Below, piece by piece: positions 19,862 through 27,346 of a stretch of DNA of 64,000 bases. Source of the DNA: Minisyncoccota bacterium. Its GTDB lineage: Bacteria > Patescibacteriota > Minisyncoccia > Phycocordibacterales > UBA9973. A program made the translations under genes and the position numbers. The stretch lies in the NCBI GenBank assembly GCA_041662525.1, contig JBAZSF010000004.1, positions 1,190 to 65,189 on the forward strand, written 5' to 3'. Positions within the stretch are counted from its first letter, which is position 1, and each line of letters begins with the position of its first letter. The notes below the pieces were generated by a model. It did no database searches. It was not told the origin of the DNA and saw nothing but the letters and a program-made list of their open reading frames with translations.

Positions 19862-20119
19862 ATGGATCCTGAATCCAAAAAGTTATTAGAAGATACATTT
19901 GCTCTCGCACAGGAAAATAACAAAATGCTTCGTTCTGTATCGAGATCTATACGTATTTCTCGAATAATGAGCATTATATATTGGGCACTTGTTATTGGTT
20001 CTGCGGTTGGTGCTTATTATTTTATCCAGCCCTATATTGATCAATTGATTGGTGTATATAGTGGAGCAAAAAGTAATTTGGATAGTTTTGGTTCTTTACT
20101 TGATAATTTGAATAAATAA
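19862..20119 (+). CDS. Small membrane protein (hypothetical)
   Basis: 85-aa ORF with one strongly hydrophobic segment. No motif. Confidence 0.35.
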   Translation: MDPESKKLLEDTFALAQENNKMLRSVSRSIRISRIMSIIYWALVIGSAVGAYYFIQPYIDQLIGVYSGAKSNLDSFGSLLDNLNK

Positions 20120-20124
20120 ATATT

Positions 20125-20199
20125 GCCTGGGTAGCTCAGTAGTAGAGCGTTCCCCTGAAGAGGGACAGGTCGAGTGTGCGATTCACTCCCCAGGCACCA
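20125..20199 (+). tRNA. tRNA-Phe (anticodon GAA) with encoded CCA
   Basis: Acceptor GCCTGGG/CCCAGGC, D-arm GCTC…GAGC, anticodon loop CTGAAGA, T-stem GAGTG/CACTC, 3' ACCA. The T-loop reads TGCGATT (G at position 55). Confidence 0.75.
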
Positions 20200-20201
20200 C
20201 T

Positions 20202-20237
20202 AAAAACAAAACCCGCTTAAGCGGGTTTTGTTTTTAG
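20202..20237. terminator. Bidirectional Rho-independent terminator
   Basis: aaaacaaaacccgc-ttaa-gcgggttttgtttt is a perfect hairpin with A- and T-tracts, between the + tRNA-Phe and the minus hsp20 stop. Confidence 0.85.
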
Positions 20238-20719
20238 ATTGATTTCACCTTAACGGTATTTTTCTTTTCTCTATCCACCTTTTTTATTTTAACTGTAACG
20301 AGGCCGTGTTTTTCTGTTGCTTCAACTTCTTCTGGTTCTACTTCTACAGAAAGTGATATGGTGCGTGAAAATTTACCCCAATAGAGTTCCTTGGTAAAAT
20401 AATTCTCCTCATCTATGTTTCTATTTTCTTCACGTTTACCAGATATGGTGATAATGTCTCGGGCAATTGATAATTCTAAGTCTTCTGGTCTAACTCCAGC
20501 TATCATCGTTTGAATGACGATATCAGTTGGTGTTTGATAAACATCTACTGATAATTCTGCCTCTTCGTTTTCTTCTTCAATCCAATTGCTGTTTTTTTTA
20601 TCTTCAGTATTTTCTTTTAAATTTTTTCCCAAGTAATTTTTTTTAAACGTTGTTTCTTCATCTTCACTACTAACACTTCCAGTGAGTCTTTCAAAAAAAC
20701 TTCTTTTTTTATTTTCCAT
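20234..20719 (-). CDS. Small heat-shock protein, Hsp20/alpha-crystallin family
   Basis: Alpha-crystallin domain motifs (…VDVYQT…, …GKFSRTISL…, …GLVTVKI…). Confidence 0.85.
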   Translation of the reverse strand: MENKKRSFFERLTGSVSSEDEETTFKKNYLGKNLKENTEDKKNSNWIEEENEEAELSVDVYQTPTDIVIQTMIAGVRPEDLELSIARDIITISGKREENRNIDEENYFTKELYWGKFSRTISLSVEVEPEEVEATEKHGLVTVKIKKVDREKKNTVKVKSI

Positions 20720-20732
20720 ATGATTTTACGAA

Positions 20733-20806
20733 ATCATATCGCGCAATTGATTCTAATGAATCATGTCGCATTCTCCTTTAAAATGCGACCTAAGGCGCGA
20801 TACTTG
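20733..20806 (-). promoter_or_regulatory. Nested palindromes in the hsp20 5' leader (candidate repressor operator or RNA thermometer)
   Basis: Outer pair tatcgcgc…gcgcgata and inner pair tgtcgcat…atgcgac. Direct half-repeats aatcatatcgcgc and aatcatgtcgcat. The inner hairpin loop contains AAAGGAG in the transcript. Confidence 0.45.
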
Positions 20807-20816
20807 ATTTTATTAA

Positions 20817-21515
20817 TTAATAATTTTCACTCATTCTTCTTACTTTTTCAAAAAGTAACATAATTATAATTGTAACGACCCACAAAAATGCTAATACTTT
20901 CAAGAAATCACTTCCATCATTTCTTATTATAAAAAAATTAAAGGCGCTATGCAAGGCAATAGCAATTAAAAATCCAAAAAAAAGGAAACTATTTCTTTCC
21001 CATTTTTTCATAAAAAAAGAAATTCCTATCGAGATACCTATTATTCCACTTGAGATCGTGTGAAGGAGATTGGCCCCCAGAAATCTTAGATTACCAGTAC
21101 TTAGGCTCAAGGTAGTTCCTATTGAAGAAGGAAAAATTTTAAGCAAGAATAACATATTTTCAAGAGCAGCAAATCCTAGAGCTGCAGTAATCATATATAT
21201 CGGCCAATCTATTGGTTTGTCGGCATTTCTTGTTTTACACAAGATCACCAATACCGCAAGATATTTTAATATTTCTTCTGCGCTAGCCCATAATACAAGC
21301 TTACCTTCATAAGAGCTTATTTGATCTTGTATAAATTTTTGAATTGGCAAGACAAATATAACCATTATCATGCCCATTATAAATACTATAGCGACTAATC
21401 CTTTTGGTTCAGGGTGTTCTTCGTCTTCTTTCAACCAAAACCATAGCCATAAAAGAGAAGGGATAATTCCACCCAAAAATGCTACGATTAAAGTTTTTGG
21501 ATCAGTTGTTATCAT
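20817..21515 (-). CDS. PrsW-family intramembrane protease-like protein
   Basis: Multi-TM protein with EExxK (AEEILKY), FAxxEN (GFAALENM) and a downstream HxxxN/S motif typical of PrsW/YpdC. The start is taken at an internal Met to limit overlap with valS; the longest ORF runs to 21557. Confidence 0.55.
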   Translation of the reverse strand: MITTDPKTLIVAFLGGIIPSLLWLWFWLKEDEEHPEPKGLVAIVFIMGMIMVIFVLPIQKFIQDQISSYEGKLVLWASAEEILKYLAVLVILCKTRNADKPIDWPIYMITAALGFAALENMLFLLKIFPSSIGTTLSLSTGNLRFLGANLLHTISSGIIGISIGISFFMKKWERNSFLFFGFLIAIALHSAFNFFIIRNDGSDFLKVLAFLWVVTIIIMLLFEKVRRMSENY

Positions 21516-23715
21516 TATGGCCGTAGGTCCCGAGCGTAGCGAGGGGCCATTGTTCAATCATTAATAGATTTTTGTTTTGTTCTTGGTCTTTCGTGGGCAT
21601 CATCGACCAAATTTCTTCTGTAACGAATGGCATAAAAGGATGTAAGGTTTTAAGTAAGGTAATTAAATGTGTGTAAAGAAGAACTTTAGCTGAATCTGCA
21701 TTTTTATTTTCTAAAATCTTTTTCTTTGAACGTTCGATGATAATATCCGCGAAGGTGTGCCAGAAATAATGATAAAGTTTTTCGGCGACAAGAGAAAATT
21801 TAAATTCACTCATTTCTTTTGATACCTCAGCTATCAAACTTTCTAATTCTTTTTTACTTAGTGCATCTTCTTCATCGAGTTTTGATGTATTGATAATATT
21901 AAAATCTTTTGTTTGCTCTAAGACAAATCTGGAAGCGTTCCAAACTTTGTTAGTAAATTTTCCATAGCCACGAATATCGTTTTCATTTAATTTTAAATCA
22001 TTTCCTGGAGTATTGCCTATGACCATTGCCATCCGTAATGCATCATTGCCATATTTTTCTATTATATCTAATGGGTCGATAGCTTTTTCACCGAGTGATT
22101 TAGACATTTTTTTACCATCGGCTGTACGGACCATGCCATGTAGGTAAACTTTTTCAAACGGTATTTCTCCTAAGAGATACTGAGACATTAGAATCATACG
22201 GGCAATCCAGAAAAAAAGAATATCGTGTCCTGTTTCTAGAATAGTGGTCGGATGATAATCTTCAAGATCCTTTGTTTTTTCAGGCCAGCCCAAAGTAGAA
22301 AAGGTCCAAAGTCCTGAGGAAAACCAAGTATCTAACGTATCTTCATCTTGAATCCATCCTTCTTCTTTTGGTGCTTCAATACCACAATAAATTTCTTTAT
22401 CTTTATACCATACGGGTATTCTGTGCCCATACCAGATTTGTCTACTAATACACCAATCACGCAAGTTTTCAATCCAGTTGAAATACACTTTTTCGAAATG
22501 AGATGGCATTATTTTTATTTTTCCATTCCTTACTGGCTCTAGCATTAATTCTTTGAGGGATTTATTTTCTCTGTTTGGAATTTTTTTATTTACATCCACG
22601 AACCATTGGAGCATTATTTGAGGTTCGATCATTCCTCCAGTTCTCTCTGCGGTAGCCACTCTGTTTACATAATTTTCTTCAAGTTTTACTAGTAATCCTT
22701 TTTCTTTTAATTTTTCTACAATTTTTTCTCTAGCTTCAGTAATTTTCATACCTGCAAAATCTCCTGCAATAGGAAGGAGTTTGCCGTATTTGTCTATGAT
22801 TTGTTCTTTGTCTAATTTGTATTTTTCGGCAATGGCAAAGTCTTCGTGTGAATGCCACGGGGTTATAGTCATGACTCCAGTACCGAATTCCATATCGATT
22901 ATTTCATCTTTTATAACAGTAGCTTCTATTGGTCCATTTATCCACTCGACAGTCAGCTTGTCGCCATGTTTCCACTTTATATATCTTTTATCGTCTGGAT
23001 GCATCACAACGTATTTATCACCAAATTTTGTTTCTGGGCGAGCAGTACCTATTTCAAAAGGTCCATATTTAAAAGTATAAAACTTACCTTTTCTTTCTTC
23101 ATAGACTAATTCATCATCTGAAATGACTGTTTGCCCTTTTGGATCCCAGTTTACTATTCTGTGTCCACGATAAATAAGCCCATCGTCATACATTGTTTTA
23201 AAAGCAGTTTTTACGGCAATATTACGAGTTTCATCTAGGGTAAAAGCTTCGCGAGACCAGTCAAGGGAAGCACCGAGCTTTTTTGCTTGGTTCACTATCG
23301 TGTCGTGTGATTCTTTGGCAAATTTTTCTACTTGTTTTAAAAATTCTTCTCGGCCTAAAATATTTTTTCTAATACCTTCTTTTTCTAGCATTTTTTCTAC
23401 CTTGGATTGGGTGGCTATCGCAGCATGATCAGTACCAGGGAGCCAGAGAGTACGCTTGCCTTGCATACGAGCGTGCCGCACCATGATATCTTGGATTACG
23501 AGCATAAGTGCATGTCCAGTGTGTAAATTGCCAGTGACGTTTGGTGGGGGAAGTACTATGGAGAATTTTTCTGCATCAATTTTTGTTATTCCTTTTTCTA
23601 TACATACATCTGGATTAAAAAAACCAGATTCTTCCCAAAGCTTGTAAATTTTTTCTTCGGTATTTTTAGGGTCGTAGGGTTTGAGCAACTTTTCGTTCAT
23701 GCCTAAATATATCAC
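21502..23715 (-). CDS. valS: Valyl-tRNA synthetase (compact form)
   Basis: PPPNVTGNLHTGHA (HIGH region), KMSKSLGE (KMSKS) and the editing-domain layout of ValRS. 737 aa, so it lacks the long C-terminal coiled coil. Confidence 0.88.
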   Translation of the reverse strand: MIYLGMNEKLLKPYDPKNTEEKIYKLWEESGFFNPDVCIEKGITKIDAEKFSIVLPPPNVTGNLHTGHALMLVIQDIMVRHARMQGKRTLWLPGTDHAAIATQSKVEKMLEKEGIRKNILGREEFLKQVEKFAKESHDTIVNQAKKLGASLDWSREAFTLDETRNIAVKTAFKTMYDDGLIYRGHRIVNWDPKGQTVISDDELVYEERKGKFYTFKYGPFEIGTARPETKFGDKYVVMHPDDKRYIKWKHGDKLTVEWINGPIEATVIKDEIIDMEFGTGVMTITPWHSHEDFAIAEKYKLDKEQIIDKYGKLLPIAGDFAGMKITEAREKIVEKLKEKGLLVKLEENYVNRVATAERTGGMIEPQIMLQWFVDVNKKIPNRENKSLKELMLEPVRNGKIKIMPSHFEKVYFNWIENLRDWCISRQIWYGHRIPVWYKDKEIYCGIEAPKEEGWIQDEDTLDTWFSSGLWTFSTLGWPEKTKDLEDYHPTTILETGHDILFFWIARMILMSQYLLGEIPFEKVYLHGMVRTADGKKMSKSLGEKAIDPLDIIEKYGNDALRMAMVIGNTPGNDLKLNENDIRGYGKFTNKVWNASRFVLEQTKDFNIINTSKLDEEDALSKKELESLIAEVSKEMSEFKFSLVAEKLYHYFWHTFADIIIERSKKKILENKNADSAKVLLYTHLITLLKTLHPFMPFVTEEIWSMMPTKDQEQNKNLLMIEQWPLATLGTYGHNDNN

Positions 23716-23737
23716 ATTTATTCTGACTCGAGAAGGG

Positions 23738-24943
23738 TTAGAGCTTTAGATTACCAGTTGCTTTTACGTCATCTAATTTAGGAACTCTCTTTTTATTTTT
23801 TATATAATTTAAATATCCAGCGATACCGATCATTATAGAATTATCTCCCATAAGTTCTTTTGTGGGAAATAAGATTTTTATTTTTTTTCCGCCAGAGGCG
23901 GATCCGCCTAGGGCGGAGATTTCATTCTGTAAATGTTTATTAGCCACGACTCCTCCAGCAACGATAAGAGTTTTTATATTATATTTTTCTACAGCTTTTT
24001 TTGTTTTGTAAGTTAAACATTCGATAGCGGCGTTTTCAAATTCTAAAGCAATTTGTGCTTTTGTTTTTTGGTTGATTTTTTTGATACCACCTAAATCTCT
24101 TATCAAATACAAAACTGCTGTTTTGAGTCCAGAAAAAGAAAAATTAAAATCTTTAGTATATATCATTGGACGGGGGAGAGCTAAAGAAAAACTAATCTTT
24201 TTGGGGTTGCGTTCACAGGAGAAGCGAGAAACTCGTGCGGACTCAGCGCACATAATTTTCTGTTGAAAATTTGCTATGCTCGGCTCGCCAGCCTGCGCAA
24301 TGCTTCGCTCGCACGAGTTTCTCGCTTCTCCTGCCAATTTTGAAATCTGTGGTCCACCAGGATAAGGTAGATCAAGCATTCTGGCCACTTTATCGAAAGC
24401 TTCACCGACGGCATCGTCGAGTGTTTCCCCGATAATTTCATAATTCATAAATTTGTTAGAAAGTACTAATTGGGTGTGCCCGCCTGATACGAGCAACATC
24501 AGTATAGGTGTTTTTAATTTCTCTATTTTAAAAGTTCCCCTGCCTTTTCCAAAAACAGAAAGGATGTGTCCTTCCATATGGTTGACTGGTACTAAGGGTA
24601 CTTTCCATTTTTGCGAGAGCTCTTTGGCAAAAACGATCCCAGTCCAAAGAGACATTTCAAGTCCTGGACCATGAGTCACCATTATTGCGTCTATTGGTTT
24701 TTTATTTTTACTTAACTTAACTTTTTTCAAGCAGGCTTCTAATAAAATAGGCAGATTTTTTTCATGTTCCAGTTTTGCCAGTTTTGGAAAAACTCCGCCA
24801 TAGGGGATGTGAACATTGATTTGAGAATTTGAGCTGTTGGCTAAAACTTTAAAAGAAGCATTTGTAATGCCTCCTTTAGCTTCCATTATACTTATTGCTG
24901 TATCGTCGCAGGAAGTTTCGATGCTTAAAATTCTTATTGTCAT
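23738..24943 (-). CDS. tsaD: tRNA N6-adenosine threonylcarbamoyltransferase TsaD (Kae1/Gcp family)
   Basis: ILSIETSCDDTAISI N-terminus, …HMEGHIL… metal-binding motif, …FSFSGLKTAV…. Carries a ~40-aa in-frame insertion encoded by a GC-rich palindrome at 24216-24333. Confidence 0.88.
   Translation of the reverse strand: MTIRILSIETSCDDTAISIMEAKGGITNASFKVLANSSNSQINVHIPYGGVFPKLAKLEHEKNLPILLEACLKKVKLSKNKKPIDAIMVTHGPGLEMSLWTGIVFAKELSQKWKVPLVPVNHMEGHILSVFGKGRGTFKIEKLKTPILMLLVSGGHTQLVLSNKFMNYEIIGETLDDAVGEAFDKVARMLDLPYPGGPQISKLAGEARNSCERSIAQAGEPSIANFQQKIMCAESARVSRFSCERNPKKISFSLALPRPMIYTKDFNFSFSGLKTAVLYLIRDLGGIKKINQKTKAQIALEFENAAIECLTYKTKKAVEKYNIKTLIVAGGVVANKHLQNEISALGGSASGGKKIKILFPTKELMGDNSIMIGIAGYLNYIKNKKRVPKLDDVKATGNLKL
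24216..24333. repeat. GC-rich palindromic element inserted in-frame in tsaD
   Basis: Perfect 24-bp inverted repeats caggagaagcgagaaactcgtgcg / cgcacgagtttctcgcttctcctg flank a 70-bp core. The core contains ctcggctcgccagcct, a 15/16 match to the MITE core ctcggctcgacagcct. Confidence 0.7.
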
Positions 24944-24950
24944 ATTTATG

Positions 24951-25022
24951 TGCGCGGTGAGGGGATTGAACCCCCGGCCTACCCCACGTCAAGGGGTCGC
25001 TCTACCACTGAGCTAACCGCGC
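24951..25022 (-). tRNA. tRNA-Val (anticodon GAC)
   Basis: The reverse complement folds as GCGCGGT…ACCGCGC with anticodon stem ACCCC/GGGGT, loop TTGACGT, T-arm CCGGGGGTTCAATCCCC. Confidence 0.8.
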
Positions 25023-25031
25023 ATCTCATTA

Positions 25032-25787
25032 CTATACTATCAATTTCTCTAATGTTTCAAGCTCTTCTTTGGAATTTACTCCTAAAGCTTCATGGGGATC
25101 AATATTTATTGATTGTATTTGATTTTTTTCTTTCATCGCTATTTTTACTAAATCAGTCAAGTAATATTCTTTTTGAGCATTATTTGTGTTTAACGTTTTA
25201 AGGTTTTCCCAGAGCCATTTTGCTTCAAAACAAAAGTAACAAGGATTTAATTCTTTTACCTTTTTTTCTTCTTCGTCAGTATCTTTAAATTGGACGTCTT
25301 TTATAATATCTCCATTGGGATCTCGAATTATGCGAGAAAAATTTTTGTAAAACACAGCTCTCCAATCATCAAAATCTTGGACAGTAAAAGTAGCCATGGT
25401 TATTTTTTTACTGGAAGCCAGATGAGTATCTTTTAATTTTTTTATAGTTTCAGGACTGATAAGTGGATGGTCTCCATAGAGAACCATTATGTGATCCGCA
25501 TTATTTTCAAGCATTTTTTGGGTGATTATTACTGCATGTCCTGTGCCGAGTTGTTCTTCTTGAATCATGTAATCATAATCTTTACCAAGAGCTTCCATTA
25601 CTTTTTCTTTGCCGTAGCCGACGACAATAACAGGCCTGCTGTTTATGCCAGATTTTTCAATAGATTCAAGTAAGTATTTAATTATTGATTTACCTTTTAC
25701 TGTTTCTAAAACTTTAGGTAAATCACTCTGCATTCTTGTGCCTTTTCCAGCAGCCAAAATAATTATTTTTATTTGATTATTGTCCAT
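25032..25787 (-). CDS. Sugar-1-phosphate nucleotidyltransferase, GlmU N-terminal-domain-like (UDP-GlcNAc pyrophosphorylase candidate)
   Basis: IIILAAGKGTRMQSDLPKVL matches the GlmU/NTP-transferase G-loop. 251 aa, with no left-handed beta-helix acetyltransferase domain. Confidence 0.7.
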   Translation of the reverse strand: MDNNQIKIIILAAGKGTRMQSDLPKVLETVKGKSIIKYLLESIEKSGINSRPVIVVGYGKEKVMEALGKDYDYMIQEEQLGTGHAVIITQKMLENNADHIMVLYGDHPLISPETIKKLKDTHLASSKKITMATFTVQDFDDWRAVFYKNFSRIIRDPNGDIIKDVQFKDTDEEEKKVKELNPCYFCFEAKWLWENLKTLNTNNAQKEYYLTDLVKIAMKEKNQIQSINIDPHEALGVNSKEELETLEKLIV

Positions 25788-25835
25788 ATGGTGCTTAATG
25801 ATAGCAGATTAGAGAGTGGTTTTCAAATCATGAAT

Positions 25836-25856
25836 CCACTAGGTCTTTCCTAGCGG
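25836..25856. repeat. Conserved hairpin motif CCRCTAGG-N6-CCTAGYGG (copy 1)
   Basis: ccactaggtctttcctagcgg. A second copy sits at 35765-35785 in the opposite orientation with a compensatory G·U pair. Confidence 0.5.
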
Positions 25857-25971
25857 AAAGGCAATGTTTATGTGGTCCACAATAATTTGCTTTCCGTCGA
25901 AAGCAAATTTTCCAGACCCGGACTCAGCTATCCGCCAGCTGGCGGATTATGCTTCCGTCTTCACAAAGCAC

Positions 25972-26004
25972 AAAAAAAGAGCACAGCAGTGTGCTCTTTT
26001 TTAT
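25972..26004. terminator. Bidirectional Rho-independent terminator
   Basis: aaaaaaagagcacagcagtgtgctctttttt: a GC stem flanked by A- and T-runs. Confidence 0.8.
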
Positions 26005-26016
26005 GTAAGTGCTTTG

Positions 26017-26088
26017 TGACCCCACAGAGAATCGAACTCTGATTACCGGATTGAAAACCCGATGTCCTAACCGTTAGACGATGGGGCC
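26017..26088 (-). tRNA. tRNA-Glu (anticodon TTC)
   Basis: The reverse complement is GGCCCCATCGTCTAACGGTTAGGACA-TCGGG-TTTTCAA-TCCGG-…GTTCGATTC…TGGGGTC, closely resembling bacterial tRNA-Glu. Confidence 0.8.
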
Positions 26089-26161
26089 AATTTCTAAACT
26101 AAACTTAAAGTATCATAACATTTTTTGAAAAAACTGCAAAAAATGTTAGATTATCAAACGA

Positions 26162-26246
26162 GGAGGGTTCGCCTAATGGTATGGCACTGGTTTCGAAAAC
26201 CAGCGGGAGTAATCCCTTACAGGTTCAAGTCCTGTACCCTCCGCCA
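26162..26246 (+). tRNA. tRNA-Ser (anticodon CGA), type II with a long variable arm and encoded CCA
   Basis: Acceptor GGAGGGT/ACCCTCC, anticodon stem CTGGT/ACCAG, loop TTCGAAA, long variable arm CGGGAGTAATCCCTTAC, T-arm CAGG-TTCAAGT-CCTG, GCCA 3' end. Confidence 0.85.
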
Positions 26247-26249
26247 CTA

Positions 26250-26279
26250 TTGACAATTCAGCTTTTTTATGGCTAATAT
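26250..26279 (+). promoter_or_regulatory. Sigma-70-like promoter upstream of the NUDIX-REC gene
   Basis: TTGACA -N18- TAATAT, followed by a short inverted repeat (atgaca…gtcat). Confidence 0.45.
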
Positions 26280-26355
26280 GACATTGGAGGCACTTTGTCA
26301 TCTACAACCCAAAAATATATAAATAAATATGGCCTACACGGCTAAAGGAGGAGTT

Positions 26356-27267
26356 ATGGAATTGCATCATATTGCGTTAGTGCTTTTATTGAACGCAAAA
26401 GAAGAGGTGTTGCTCGCCCGTAGAGTTGACAATTGGGAGCTACCTGGTGGGCACGTTGAACCTGCCGATGGAAGTCGTGAAAAAGCATTCGTACGCGAAA
26501 TAAGAGAAGAAACACAACTGAGAGGGATTTTTAATAAACGCCTTTTGTTCAGTCGTGATGAACACAAGGAGGAAAAGTTGTACATGTTCGATATTTATGT
26601 CGGGCATTGCTACGATGAACGATTTCCTGGTTCACTCGTAGCCGAGGGGATTATCGAGACCAAGTGGTGGTCTCTAGACGAGACTAAAGGATTGACGCTG
26701 ACTCCTATGGCAAGTAAAGCGCTTAATTTTTTAAAGGAGAAGCGCTCGTCTTTTATCTCAGAGTGCCGGCATCACTTTCACGTGGTGTTGAACGAGGCAA
26801 AACTTCAGGGGGCTGGAGTTGAGAACATGGAAAACCTCAAGAAGAAAATGGAAGAATGCATAGAGATGTTGTCGATAATTGGCCAGTTACCGCCTGCTGT
26901 CAAGAGCAAAGCAGTCGGTAAGCAAAAGGTCATCGTTATGGTTGACGATGACGAGTATACTCTGTATACACTCAAAAAATTGTTTTCAGCTGAGAAATAC
27001 CGAGTCTACTCCTTTAGCGATCCAAGGGAAGCCTTGGATTGGTTGAAAGAGTCATCAGTTGAAGTTGACGCGCTTGTTACCGACCAGAGAATGCACTGTA
27101 TATATGGTTCAGAGCTTCTCAGGAAGGTGCGCGAGTTGAAGATACTCGCGTCGGCAAAGTTTGTTCTTATCAGCGGTGAAGAAGTTCCCGCTGATGACAA
27201 AAAAGGGTTTGATAAATTCTTTGTCAGACCAGTATCGCCCGATGAGCTCATTCGGGTAATATCATAG
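26356..27267 (+). CDS. NUDIX hydrolase fused to a C-terminal response-regulator receiver (REC) domain
   Basis: Nudix box GGHVEPADGSREKAFVREIREETQL. C-terminal KVIVMVDDDE…DALVTDQRM…KFVLISG has the REC acidic pocket, phospho-Asp and Lys positions. An aaaggagg SD lies 5 nt before ATG(MELHH); the longest ORF starts at 26329. Confidence 0.7.
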   Translation: MELHHIALVLLLNAKEEVLLARRVDNWELPGGHVEPADGSREKAFVREIREETQLRGIFNKRLLFSRDEHKEEKLYMFDIYVGHCYDERFPGSLVAEGIIETKWWSLDETKGLTLTPMASKALNFLKEKRSSFISECRHHFHVVLNEAKLQGAGVENMENLKKKMEECIEMLSIIGQLPPAVKSKAVGKQKVIVMVDDDEYTLYTLKKLFSAEKYRVYSFSDPREALDWLKESSVEVDALVTDQRMHCIYGSELLRKVRELKILASAKFVLISGEEVPADDKKGFDKFFVRPVSPDELIRVIS

Positions 27268-27280
27268 AATCTTAGATCTA

Positions 27281-27319
27281 AAAATCCCCGTTGCGTGCCA
27301 TAAGCACCAACGGGGATTT
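27281..27319 (+). terminator. Intrinsic-terminator-like hairpin after the NUDIX-REC gene
   Basis: aaaatccccgttg-cgtgccataagcac-caacggggattt: 12-bp GC-rich stem. Confidence 0.6.
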
Positions 27320-27346
27320 GCTATTTATAAAAGATAATTCATAATA

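Noticed and set aside
25871-26030. 52-aa plus-strand ORF (MFMWSTIICFPSKANF…) in the hairpin-rich spacer
   Set aside because: No SD. It spans several palindromes and a terminator. It is more plausibly non-coding structured sequence.
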